Shown here: positions 9,083-17,434 of the stretch, piece after piece
How positions within the stretch are numbered: position 1 is the first letter of the stretch
Layout of the letters: each line of letters opens with the position of its first letter
Made by a program: the position numbers and the translations under genes
From: Mycolicibacterium smegmatis
GTDB taxonomy: Bacteria > Actinomycetota > Actinomycetes > Mycobacteriales > Mycobacteriaceae
DNA: 32,000 nt
Assembly (NCBI RefSeq): GCF_001457595.1
Contig: NZ_LN831039.1
Coordinates: forward strand, 3,810,001-3,842,000
Reading direction: 5' to 3'
The notes under the pieces: model-generated
Databases searched by the model: none
The model's input: only the letters and a program-made list of their open reading frames with translations
What the model was told of the DNA's origin: nothing

Positions 9083-10582
9083 ATGAGCCTCCTGCACCAG
9101 CTGATCTCGTCCGTCGCGGCGGCCGCACCGCACCGTCCGGCGATCATCGCCGACGACGGTTCGACGATCGGCTATGCCGAGTTCGACCACCAGATCCGCG
9201 CTGTCGCACGCTGGATCGCGAGCCGCACCGAGCCCGGCGACCGGGTGGCGGTGATCGCCGACAACAGCCCGGCGTACGCCGTGCTCTACTACGCCGTGCC
9301 GCTCGGCGGACGCGTCCTCACGCTGATCAACCAGCGCCTCAGCCCCGCCGAGCAGGCCGCGCAACTGGAGACGACGCGTCCCGCGCTGGTCCTCGGCGAC
9401 ACCGTGTACCTCGACGCGCTGCCGCAGATCGACTCCGTCGCGTTCGGCTCGCCGGCCTGGCGGGACGCCGTGAGCACCACCGCAGCCGCGCCCGAGGTTG
9501 ATCACGCCGAAGCGCAACCCGGCGACCCGGCCTGGCTGCTGTTCACCAGCGGATCCACCGGTGTACCGAAAGGTGTTGTGCACAGCCATCGTTCGATTCT
9601 CGCGGCGGTACACGGGACGGTCGACGGCCGGTCGGTGACGCCGGCCGGTGTGTACCTGCTGCCCTTCCCCATGTGCCACATCGCGGGCTACAACATGCTG
9701 GTGCAGCACGCCGTCGGCGCCACGGTGGTGCTCATGTCACGGTTCCGGCCCGAGTCGTTCGCCGCTCAGGTACGCGCCCACGGTGTGCGGTCGTGTTCGT
9801 TGGCGCCGACGATGCTGCACGCCCTGCTCGCCCATGTGGAGAGCACCGGTACGACACTGCCGACCCTGGAGGCCGTCGCCTACGGATCCGCCGCGATGCC
9901 GCTGGACCTGCTGCGCCGCGCGATCGAGGCCCTCGGGGTGGAGTTCCACCAGGGGTACGGCATGACCGAAACCGGCGGCAATGTCACATTTCTCGGCCCG
10001 GACGACCACCGCGCCGGCGCGGCGGGCCACCCCGAGGTGCTCGTGAGCGCCGGGCACCCGCACAGCGGGGTCGAGATCGGCATCGTCGACGCCGACGGGG
10101 CGCCGCTGCCGCCGGGCGGGATCGGCGAGATCGTGGTGCGCGGAGCGCAGGTGGCGCGCGGGTATTGGCCCGACCGCCCCAGCACGGTCGACGGTTGGTT
10201 GCACACCGGCGACATCGGACGACTCGACCACACGGGCCGGTTGTTCGTGGTGGACCGCCTCAAGGACATCATCGTGACCGGTGGTGAGAACGTCTCGTCC
10301 AGGGAGGTCGAGGACGTGCTGTCCGGGCATCCCGACGTCGACATGGTCGCTGTGGTGGGTGTGCCCGACGACTACTGGGGCGAGGCCGTATGTGCCGTGG
10401 TCGTCCCGGTGCCGGGACGCAACCCGCGCCCGGACGACCTGATCGACCATGTGCGCTCGGCCATCGCCGCATTCAAGCGACCCAGAGAGGTGCTGTTCGT
10501 CGACGAGTTGCCACTCACCGGCAACGGCAAGATCGCCAAGGACCGCGTGCGGGACATCGCGCGCACCGCCCTCACCGCCTGA
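9083..10582 (+). CDS. AMP-dependent acyl-CoA synthetase/ligase (FadD-like)
   Basis: AMP-binding motifs LLFTSGSTGVPKGV, GYGMTETGG, HTGDIGRLD and the C-terminal NGKIAKD. Confidence 0.85.
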   Translation: MSLLHQLISSVAAAAPHRPAIIADDGSTIGYAEFDHQIRAVARWIASRTEPGDRVAVIADNSPAYAVLYYAVPLGGRVLTLINQRLSPAEQAAQLETTRPALVLGDTVYLDALPQIDSVAFGSPAWRDAVSTTAAAPEVDHAEAQPGDPAWLLFTSGSTGVPKGVVHSHRSILAAVHGTVDGRSVTPAGVYLLPFPMCHIAGYNMLVQHAVGATVVLMSRFRPESFAAQVRAHGVRSCSLAPTMLHALLAHVESTGTTLPTLEAVAYGSAAMPLDLLRRAIEALGVEFHQGYGMTETGGNVTFLGPDDHRAGAAGHPEVLVSAGHPHSGVEIGIVDADGAPLPPGGIGEIVVRGAQVARGYWPDRPSTVDGWLHTGDIGRLDHTGRLFVVDRLKDIIVTGGENVSSREVEDVLSGHPDVDMVAVVGVPDDYWGEAVCAVVVPVPGRNPRPDDLIDHVRSAIAAFKRPREVLFVDELPLTGNGKIAKDRVRDIARTALTA

Positions 10583-10594
10583 CCGTCCGCGAGC

Positions 10595-10640
10595 GTGAAA
10601 CCTCAGCGAGAAAACTCGCAAAGAATCGCAGAGGTTTCAC
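10595..10640 (+). terminator. nested stem-loop just after the acyl-CoA synthetase stop (possible U-tract-less terminator or regulatory RNA)
   Basis: Outer perfect 10-bp stem GTGAAACCTC(10595-10604)/GAGGTTTCAC(10631-10640). Inner hairpin GCGAG-AAAA-CTCGC (10606-10619). Direct repeat AATCGCAG at 10624-10631 and 10641-10648. Confidence 0.4.
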
Positions 10641-10729
10641 AATCGCAGGGCGCCGATTCGCCGTTCGGGCAACCGCGCAACTGAAGGGTGCTAAATTCGC
10701 CGCACCACTTTCGAAGAGGGAGGCAGAAA

Positions 10730-11290
10730 ATGACTGCCACCGACCCCGACTGGATCACACCCGCCGCCATGGCGATACCGCCGGACGGATACTTCGAACT
10801 CGAACGGGGCCGTTACGGACCCGTCTTCCCGAGAACGCCCGCATGCCACGGATTCTCCATCATCGCGAAGGTCAAAGAGGGTCGCGAAGAGGCCGTACGC
10901 GCATACGGCAAACAGATCCAAGACGCAGTCGCGGACACACCCGAAGTCCTCGCACCACTGCGACTGCATTATCTGCGCTGGCTGCTGTTCGACGTCGGGT
11001 CGGGATTGCATTTCCAATATCAAGGAATCTTCGATACGGACTTCGACAAGTACACCGAAGACGCCGTACAACTGTTCAGCGCCACCGGGATTACTACCGT
11101 TTTCACAAATCTCGAAGGATTTCCGGCGGATTGGAAAGAGAATCCGGATGCGTTCATCCGGTTCGTCCGGGAGCATCAGGTGCCGAGTTTCCTCGAGTAC
11201 GGCGAGTATCCCTACGTGACGGCTGACGAGATCAAGAAGGCGTTGCGCCTCAAGTCGGCGTTCTCGACCATGCTCGACCAGATGCAGTGA
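10730..11290 (+). CDS. hypothetical protein (186 aa), first gene of the DyP-like cassette
   Basis: Within ORF 10688..11290, ATG 10730 is preceded by AGGGAGG (10716-10722). No motif I can assign. The stop overlaps the next start (GTGA). Visibly lower G+C than its neighbours. Confidence 0.7.
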   Translation: MTATDPDWITPAAMAIPPDGYFELERGRYGPVFPRTPACHGFSIIAKVKEGREEAVRAYGKQIQDAVADTPEVLAPLRLHYLRWLLFDVGSGLHFQYQGIFDTDFDKYTEDAVQLFSATGITTVFTNLEGFPADWKENPDAFIRFVREHQVPSFLEYGEYPYVTADEIKKALRLKSAFSTMLDQMQ

Positions 11291-12624
11291 CAGTGCTCGA
11301 CCTCGACGACATCCAGCACATCCTGCTGACCCGCACACCGGCCATCACCGGGCGATACGAATTCCTGACATTTGACACCCCCGCCGGTGGGCGTGCCTGG
11401 CTCACCGCGCTTCTGGACAAGGTGCAGTCCGCGGCCGATGTCCGGGCATCGATGGACACCTCTGACCGTTGGGTCACTTTGGCGTTCACATGGACCGGGC
11501 TGCGGGCGCTCGGCGTGCCCGAGGAGTCCCTGTCGACATTTCCGGACGAGTTCCGCGAGGGTATGGCCGCGCGCGCGAGCATCCTCGGCGACACCGGCGC
11601 CAACGCACCCGAGCACTGGCCGGGCGGACTGGCGGGAACCGACCTGCATGCGATCGCGATCCTGTTCTCCCGCAACGAAGAACAATGCCGGAAGTCCATC
11701 AGCGAACACGACCGCCTGCTGAGCCGCACCAACGGTGTGCGCAGCCTGTCGCACCTCGATCTCAACGCATCACCGCCGTTCGACCACGCGCACGATCACT
11801 TCGGCTTCCGCGATCGCCTGTCGCAACCCGTGATGAAGTATTCGGGTGAGGAACCGACCCCGGGTTCGGGCGACGCCCTCGAACCCGGCGAGTTCATCCT
11901 GGGCTATCCCGACGAATCGGGTCCGGTCGCACATCTCCCCCAGCCCGTGGTGTTGTCCCGCAACGGCAGTTTCATGGCCTACCGGCGGCTGCAGGAACAC
12001 GTCGGAGTGTTTCGCGAGTACCTGCGCGAACATTCCGACGATCCCGCCGGCGAGGCACTGCTGGCCGCGAAGTTCATGGGCCGGTGGCGCAGCGGTGCGC
12101 CGCTGGTACTCGCGCCCGAGTGTGACGATCCAGCACTCGGAGCAGATCCCATGCGCAACAACAATTTCAACTACAAGGACATGGACCCGTTCGGTTACGC
12201 ATGCCCGCTGGGATCGCATGCGCGCCGACTCAACCCGCGTGACACCGCGCACTACATGAACCGGCGACGCATGATCCGGCGCGGCGCCACCTACGGTCCC
12301 GCCCTGCCGGAGGGGGCGCCCGACGACGGCGTGGAGCGCGGTATCGCCGCGTTCATCATCTGCGCGGACCTCGTCCGCCAATTCGAGTTCGCCCAGAATG
12401 TGTGGATCAACGACAAGACGTTCCACGAGTTGGGCAACGAGCACGACCCGATCTGCGGGACCCAGGACGGGACCATGGATTTCACCGTGCCCAAGCGGCC
12501 GATCCGTAAGGTCCACAAGGGACTTCCTGCGTTCACCTCGGTCAGAGGCGGCGCGTACTTCTTCCTTCCCGGTATCTCGGCGTTGCGATACCTCGCTGCG
12601 CTGAAAGACGAGGTGACGGCATGA
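11287..12624 (+). CDS. DyP-type (dye-decolorizing) peroxidase family protein
   Basis: HFGFRDR (variant GXXDG, Asp codon 11812-11814), proximal-His motif GSHARRLNPRD (His 12217-12219), distal-Arg motif IRRGATYG (12274-12297) and an N-terminal LDDIQHILL segment. No signal or Tat peptide. Confidence 0.8.
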   Translation: MTVLDLDDIQHILLTRTPAITGRYEFLTFDTPAGGRAWLTALLDKVQSAADVRASMDTSDRWVTLAFTWTGLRALGVPEESLSTFPDEFREGMAARASILGDTGANAPEHWPGGLAGTDLHAIAILFSRNEEQCRKSISEHDRLLSRTNGVRSLSHLDLNASPPFDHAHDHFGFRDRLSQPVMKYSGEEPTPGSGDALEPGEFILGYPDESGPVAHLPQPVVLSRNGSFMAYRRLQEHVGVFREYLREHSDDPAGEALLAAKFMGRWRSGAPLVLAPECDDPALGADPMRNNNFNYKDMDPFGYACPLGSHARRLNPRDTAHYMNRRRMIRRGATYGPALPEGAPDDGVERGIAAFIICADLVRQFEFAQNVWINDKTFHELGNEHDPICGTQDGTMDFTVPKRPIRKVHKGLPAFTSVRGGAYFFLPGISALRYLAALKDEVTA

Positions 12625-13631
12625 CGGGCGGACCGGCGCGCACGTACAACCAGGCCCACATACCGCGTATGCGCAACGGCCGCAGACGCATCAGCATCTA
12701 CTGGACCTGGAGCTACCCCTGGGAGTCACAGCGAGACCCGGCCGCGATGGAGAACCGGTTTTCGACGATGACCGAGGTGCGCAACGTGTTGTGGCCGTCG
12801 TATGAGACAACCGAGTACGACTCCGCCCACTTCCTGCAGGGTATCGCGGGAACCCTTGAGCTGTTCCATCGTTCGACGCTGGCGTTCCAAACCCTGGTCG
12901 GCGACGTCACCGGTCATCCGGTCGCGGTGTTCCAGCGCATCGATCAGGCCGGGTACCGACTGCCGATCGACGAGCGCATCCTGGCCGACTGCGACACCCT
13001 CATGGTGTTCGGCCTCGACCACGTGCTCTCCGAGCAGGAGGCCGACACCGGAGAGGTCGAGGCGATCCGTGGGTGGCTACGTCGCGAAGGAACGTGTCTG
13101 CTGCTGGCTCCACACCATGACGTGGGCGACACCGCCGACTTCGGCCGGCGGCAGGTCGAGTATCTGCACCACGGCGATGCGCTGGTCCCCCGGCAACAAC
13201 GCTTCGGCCAGTACACGCGATCGTTGATGCGCGCGCTCGGCGTGCCGGTGCACAACATGTGGGGTCTGCGACCGGCTACGGTCGCCGGCACCTCCGAGAT
13301 CGCCCCGCTGACCGCGGTACGGGATCTTGACGGACCGGGACTGCTGGCAGACGTACCGACCTTCAACTTCCATCCGCACCTGCCGCACTACCAGCTCACG
13401 GCGCCCGAGAGCGACACGCTGCGGGTCCTCGGCCGTCAGCGTGTGGACCTGACTCGGCCACACCCGTTCACCGAGGCGGGCAACACCGAGTTCAACGCAC
13501 TGATCTGGATGCCGCCGGACGGCGAACGCGCCGGGGACATCGTGCTCGTCGACTCCACCAATTTCACGACGTTGTTCGGCGGTACCGACAGCCTGAAGCG
13601 CCTGTGGCACAACCTCGCCACCATGGCGTGA
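12621..13631 (+). CDS. hypothetical protein (336 aa), third gene of the DyP-like cassette
   Basis: ATG 12621 overlaps the DyP-like stop (ATGA). Good third-position G/C. No assignable motif. The His-rich stretch LLLAPHHDVGDTADFGRRQVEYLHHGD is notable. Confidence 0.65.
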   Translation: MTGGPARTYNQAHIPRMRNGRRRISIYWTWSYPWESQRDPAAMENRFSTMTEVRNVLWPSYETTEYDSAHFLQGIAGTLELFHRSTLAFQTLVGDVTGHPVAVFQRIDQAGYRLPIDERILADCDTLMVFGLDHVLSEQEADTGEVEAIRGWLRREGTCLLLAPHHDVGDTADFGRRQVEYLHHGDALVPRQQRFGQYTRSLMRALGVPVHNMWGLRPATVAGTSEIAPLTAVRDLDGPGLLADVPTFNFHPHLPHYQLTAPESDTLRVLGRQRVDLTRPHPFTEAGNTEFNALIWMPPDGERAGDIVLVDSTNFTTLFGGTDSLKRLWHNLATMA

Positions 13632-13634
13632 GGA

Positions 13635-14714
13635 TCACGGCAGACCGGAAACCAGCGGGTTCAGCGATACCGGGCGCGGTGCGAGAACCAGTCCGGGCAG
13701 CGGCGCCTCGGCCGGCGGCGCCGATGCCTCCGCGGGCCCGGGTAGCGCCTCGGCCGCCTGCGGGATGATCACTTGCGAATCTGGTTGTATTTCTGGGGTT
13801 TCCGGTGCGTTCACGGGGCCGGGCAACACACCGGGAACCGGCATCGCTCCCGCGGGCATGCCTTCGGGCAGGTGCGGCATGGGAGGTGCGAATTCGGGTG
13901 CGCCGACCGGGTTCTGCAGGTGTTGCACGCCGAGTGCCGGCGTGACCTCGGGAGCGGCCTGCTGCACAGGCTGCACCGCGGCCGGTTGCGGTTGCGGGCG
14001 CGCGAAGAGCACCTGCGGCTCTGACGCCCTCTGTGTGACCGACCCGGAAGCTGTCGATGACGCCTTCGACGTGGACTGCCGCACAGGTTTTGTCACCGTC
14101 CGCACGGTGTCTGGTTGCGGAATGTGGGGAACTGCGGCGGTGACGATCTGGATGGGGCCGCCTGCGGTCAGCGCCTGATCCTCTGGTTCGGTCTCGCCGG
14201 CGATGAACGTCGACCCGACGGCGGACAGCGCTACCACCGCCGCGGCGGCCGCGGTGCCTGCGATGCGCAGCGCCGTGCTCCGGTGCCGGCACGGCGGCAG
14301 CAGACACCTCACCCGCGCGGCCGGGACCGCGTCGGTGGCCACGGCCTGCGCGGCGGCGAGTGCCGTCGCCTCGAGCTCACCCGCGTCGCCGTCGTCGAGA
14401 AACTCCCGCGGCACGGTCCGTACATCGTCGAAACCGGCGGACTTCAGCGCTGCGACGATCGCCTCGGCGTGGACGCCGACGTCGTCGCTGCAGATCAGGC
14501 CAATGGCCCCGATGTCGTCACCGCTCGACGCGGCGATCCCCCGGGCACCGCGCGCCGCGGCGGCACAGCGCTCGGCCAGCACGTCGTCGGCGTCCACCTC
14601 GAAGGCGTCGTCGTCCAGAACTGCGGCGTCGGTGTCGGGGTATCCGGCCCGTTCATCGATCAGGACCCAGCCGACGCCCGCGGACGTCGCCGACAATCCC
14701 AATACCGTCTTCAC
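13635..14714 (-). CDS. mycobacterial-type membrane protein: conserved N-terminal domain, single TM helix, Pro/Ala-rich C-terminal tail
   Basis: The N-terminus MKTVLGLSATSAGVGWVLIDE is typical of a repeated mycobacterial family. TM segment ALRIAGTAAAAAVVALSAVGSTFIAG, followed by a P/A/Q/V-rich low-complexity tail. Confidence 0.75.
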   Translation of the reverse strand: MKTVLGLSATSAGVGWVLIDERAGYPDTDAAVLDDDAFEVDADDVLAERCAAAARGARGIAASSGDDIGAIGLICSDDVGVHAEAIVAALKSAGFDDVRTVPREFLDDGDAGELEATALAAAQAVATDAVPAARVRCLLPPCRHRSTALRIAGTAAAAAVVALSAVGSTFIAGETEPEDQALTAGGPIQIVTAAVPHIPQPDTVRTVTKPVRQSTSKASSTASGSVTQRASEPQVLFARPQPQPAAVQPVQQAAPEVTPALGVQHLQNPVGAPEFAPPMPHLPEGMPAGAMPVPGVLPGPVNAPETPEIQPDSQVIIPQAAEALPGPAEASAPPAEAPLPGLVLAPRPVSLNPLVSGLP

Positions 14715-14886
14715 CCGTATGGCCCCAATTCAGTCGCAGTGCCGGCGTGATCGGCGACGAGCCTATTTCGGTCGTTGCCGGACGGCATCCCGAGATCGAC
14801 CGCCAATTGCACAACGATCACGTCAGAACACCGCCTTGCCGCATCTATCGACGTCCACCCCGAGCGCGTTACCCGCGCGTTGACCT

Positions 14887-14910
14887 CGATCTATACGCCG
14901 ATCTATACGC
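14887..14910. repeat. perfect tandem duplication of a 12-mer (CGATCTATACGC x2) in a divergent promoter region
   Basis: Read directly: 14887-14898 is identical to 14899-14910. Nearby, TCATCAA occurs at 14949-14955 and 14960-14966, and GCGCGTT occurs three times between about 14863 and 14926. Confidence 0.6.
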
Positions 14911-15049
14911 CGCCGCCGGGGCGCGTTCACGGCGAATCCGCAAGATTTTCATCAAGTCCTCATCAAATGAGAATCCGGTTAATGCGGGCACGCGGTTCGC
15001 CTGCGGCGTCCCGCCAGGTGCAACCGCTGCTCGGACACGGTGACGGCGT

Positions 15050-15952
15050 ATGCCACAGTTTCTGTCGACGTTTTCTGTCGGCGGCTGTCCAGGAGGAATC
15101 ATCGGCACGTACGCGGTCACCGGAGCGGCATCCGGAATGGGATACCAGGCGGCCCAGAAGCTGCGGGAACAAGGCCACACCGTCATCGGTGTCGACCTCA
15201 AAGAGGGTGAGGTGGTCTCCGATCTGTCGACTCCGGAGGGCCGCCGCCGTGCGGCCGACGAGGTCATGAGGCTCTCCGGTGGCAGGCTCGACGGCGCGGT
15301 GCTCGCCGCGGGCCTCGGGCCCGGGCCCGGCGCAGAGCGCCCGAGGCTCATCGCCGAGGTCAACTTCCTCGGCGTGGTCGAACTGTTGGAGGCGTGGCGT
15401 CCCGCGCTCGCTGCCGCCGACCGGGCGAAGGTCGTCGTGCTGAGCAGCAACTCCACCACCACGACGCCCGCCGTCCCGGCACGCGCGATCCGGGCCCTGC
15501 TGGCCCGCGACACCGACAAGGCGGTCCGCACGGTACGGGTGCTGGGCCGGGCAGGCACGCCGATCATGTACGCGGCGTCCAAGATCGCGGTCAGCCGCTG
15601 GGTGCGGCGTACTGCCGTGAGTGCGGCGTGGGCCGGTGCCGGCATCCGCCTGAACGCGCTGGCGCCGGGCGCGATCATGACTCCGCTGCTGCAGAGCCAG
15701 CTCGCAGAACCACTCGAATCCAAGGCCGTACGCGCATTCCCGGTGCCCATCGGAGGTTTCGGCGACGCGGGGCAGCTGGCCGACTGGATCTGCTTCATGC
15801 TCTCGGATTCCGCGGATTTCCTGTGCGGCAGCGTCGTCTTCGTCGACGGTGGGTCCGACGCGTACTTCCGCGCCACCTCCTGGCCGCGCGCGGTCCCGGT
15901 GCGCGGGCTCGCGCAGTACCTGTGGCGATTCAAACGCGGCGCTGGGCGCTGA
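15050..15952 (+). CDS. short-chain dehydrogenase/reductase (SDR)
   Basis: Rossmann motif VTGAASGMG and catalytic YAASK (YxxxK). ATG 15050 is the only canonical in-frame start but leaves an unusually long N-terminal extension, so the start is uncertain. Confidence 0.8.
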   Translation: MPQFLSTFSVGGCPGGIIGTYAVTGAASGMGYQAAQKLREQGHTVIGVDLKEGEVVSDLSTPEGRRRAADEVMRLSGGRLDGAVLAAGLGPGPGAERPRLIAEVNFLGVVELLEAWRPALAAADRAKVVVLSSNSTTTTPAVPARAIRALLARDTDKAVRTVRVLGRAGTPIMYAASKIAVSRWVRRTAVSAAWAGAGIRLNALAPGAIMTPLLQSQLAEPLESKAVRAFPVPIGGFGDAGQLADWICFMLSDSADFLCGSVVFVDGGSDAYFRATSWPRAVPVRGLAQYLWRFKRGAGR

Positions 15953-15971
15953 TCCCGACGAGGAGACGCTG

Positions 15972-17261
15972 ATGTCAGCACCACAGGCGGCGATCGACAC
16001 CGATCACGCGGACCGCCACGGCCCTCGGCGGGCGTGGGCCGCTGTCGGCGTGCTCGCGCTGGTCGGCACCCTGAACTATGTCGACCGGTTCCTGCCGTCG
16101 GTGCTGGCCGAGCCGATCAAGCACGATCTTGAATTGTCCGACACCGCAATCGGTGTCATCAACGGGTTCGGATTCCTCATCGTGTACGCCGTGATGGGCA
16201 TCGCGGTCGCGCGCGTCGCCGACCGTGGCGCGTTCGGCGCCGTGGTCGCCGGGTGCCTCACGTTGTGGGGCACCATGACGATGCTCGGCGGCGCGGTGCA
16301 GTCGGGGTTCCAGTTGGCCCTCACCCGCGTGGGCGTCGCGATCGGTGAAGCCGGCAGCACCCCGGCCGCCCACGCCTACGTCGCACGCAACTTCGTGCCG
16401 CAGCGGCGTTCGGCCCCGCTCGCGGTGATCACCATCGCCATACCGCTGGCCAGCACGGCCAGCCTGCTCGGCGGCGGTCTGCTGGCCCAAAGCCTGGGCT
16501 GGCGTACGGCATTCGTGATCATGGGTGCGGTGAGCGTGGTGCTCGCGCCGCTCGTGCTGCTGGTGGTCGGGGTGCGCCAGTCGTTGCCCGCGGCGCCTGC
16601 GGTGGTGGACAAGACCGCAGGCGGGTGGTGGAACCTGCTGCGCAAGCCCAGCTTCCTCATCGTCGTGGCGGGCACTGCGTTCATCTCGGCAGCCGGATAT
16701 TCGCTCACCACGTTCTCCCCCGCGTTTCTCATGCGCACACGCGGAATGTCGCTCGGTGAGGTCGGCGTCGAGTACGGCCTGGCCACCGGTGCGATCGGGG
16801 TGCTCGGGCTGCTCATCGTCGGACGCCTCGCCGATCGGTTGGCCGAACGGGACCCGCGCTGGCTGCTGTGGATCGTGGTGACGCTGACGCTGGTGCTGCT
16901 GCCTGCCTCGGTGCTGGCGTTCGTCGTCGAGGACAGGATGCTGTGCGTACTTTTCCTGGCGCTGAGCTACGCGATCGGCACGTCGTATCTGGCGCCTTCG
17001 ATCGCGGCCATCCAGCGCCTGGTGCTGCCCGAGCAGCGCGCGACGGCCTCGGCGATGTTCCTGTTCTTCAACGCGGTGTTCGGATCGGTCGGCCCGTTCG
17101 TGGTCGGGATGCTCAGCGACTCGCTGACCGACGACCTGGGCGCGCAGGCGCTCGGTCGGGCCCTGCTCCTGCTGGTGGCCGCGATGCAGCTGGTCGGGGC
17201 GATCTGCTACTGGCTGGCCTCGGCGCGCTACCGTCGCGACATCATCGAAGAGGCTCGCTGA
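15972..17261 (+). CDS. MFS transporter
   Basis: Within ORF 15849..17261, ATG 15972 is preceded by GAGGAG (15958-15963) and lies 19 nt after the SDR stop. About 12 hydrophobic segments and MFS-like loop motifs (VARVADRG, VGRLADRLAERDPR). Confidence 0.85.
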   Translation: MSAPQAAIDTDHADRHGPRRAWAAVGVLALVGTLNYVDRFLPSVLAEPIKHDLELSDTAIGVINGFGFLIVYAVMGIAVARVADRGAFGAVVAGCLTLWGTMTMLGGAVQSGFQLALTRVGVAIGEAGSTPAAHAYVARNFVPQRRSAPLAVITIAIPLASTASLLGGGLLAQSLGWRTAFVIMGAVSVVLAPLVLLVVGVRQSLPAAPAVVDKTAGGWWNLLRKPSFLIVVAGTAFISAAGYSLTTFSPAFLMRTRGMSLGEVGVEYGLATGAIGVLGLLIVGRLADRLAERDPRWLLWIVVTLTLVLLPASVLAFVVEDRMLCVLFLALSYAIGTSYLAPSIAAIQRLVLPEQRATASAMFLFFNAVFGSVGPFVVGMLSDSLTDDLGAQALGRALLLLVAAMQLVGAICYWLASARYRRDIIEEAR

Positions 17262-17434
17262 GTTCTGCGCTCGCGGCGAGGCAAACCTGGTGGTGCCCGC
17301 CGCCAACGCCGCGCGGTCGACCCACCATAGGGTTCCTGCCCGCCCTGCGGTGAAGGTCCTGGAAAAACTCTGAACCCGGCCCCGTCACGCCGATTCGAGG
17401 CAATGATTGGGGTACCCGAGTCAGGAGCGGACAT

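Noticed and set aside
11287-13631. DyP-encapsulin nanocompartment system
   Set aside because: The gene after the DyP-like protein (336 aa) does not resemble an encapsulin shell protein by eye. The DyP-like C-terminus (..ALRYLAALKDEVTA) lacks the Gly/Ser/Leu-rich cargo-loading peptide, so I do not call an encapsulin system.
15091-15110. AGGAGGA inside the SDR ORF as evidence for a downstream non-canonical (ATC/ACG) start
   Set aside because: No ATG, GTG or TTG follows in frame before the Rossmann motif. The AGGAGGA is equally explained as Pro-Gly-Gly codons. I kept ATG 15050 and flagged the start as uncertain.
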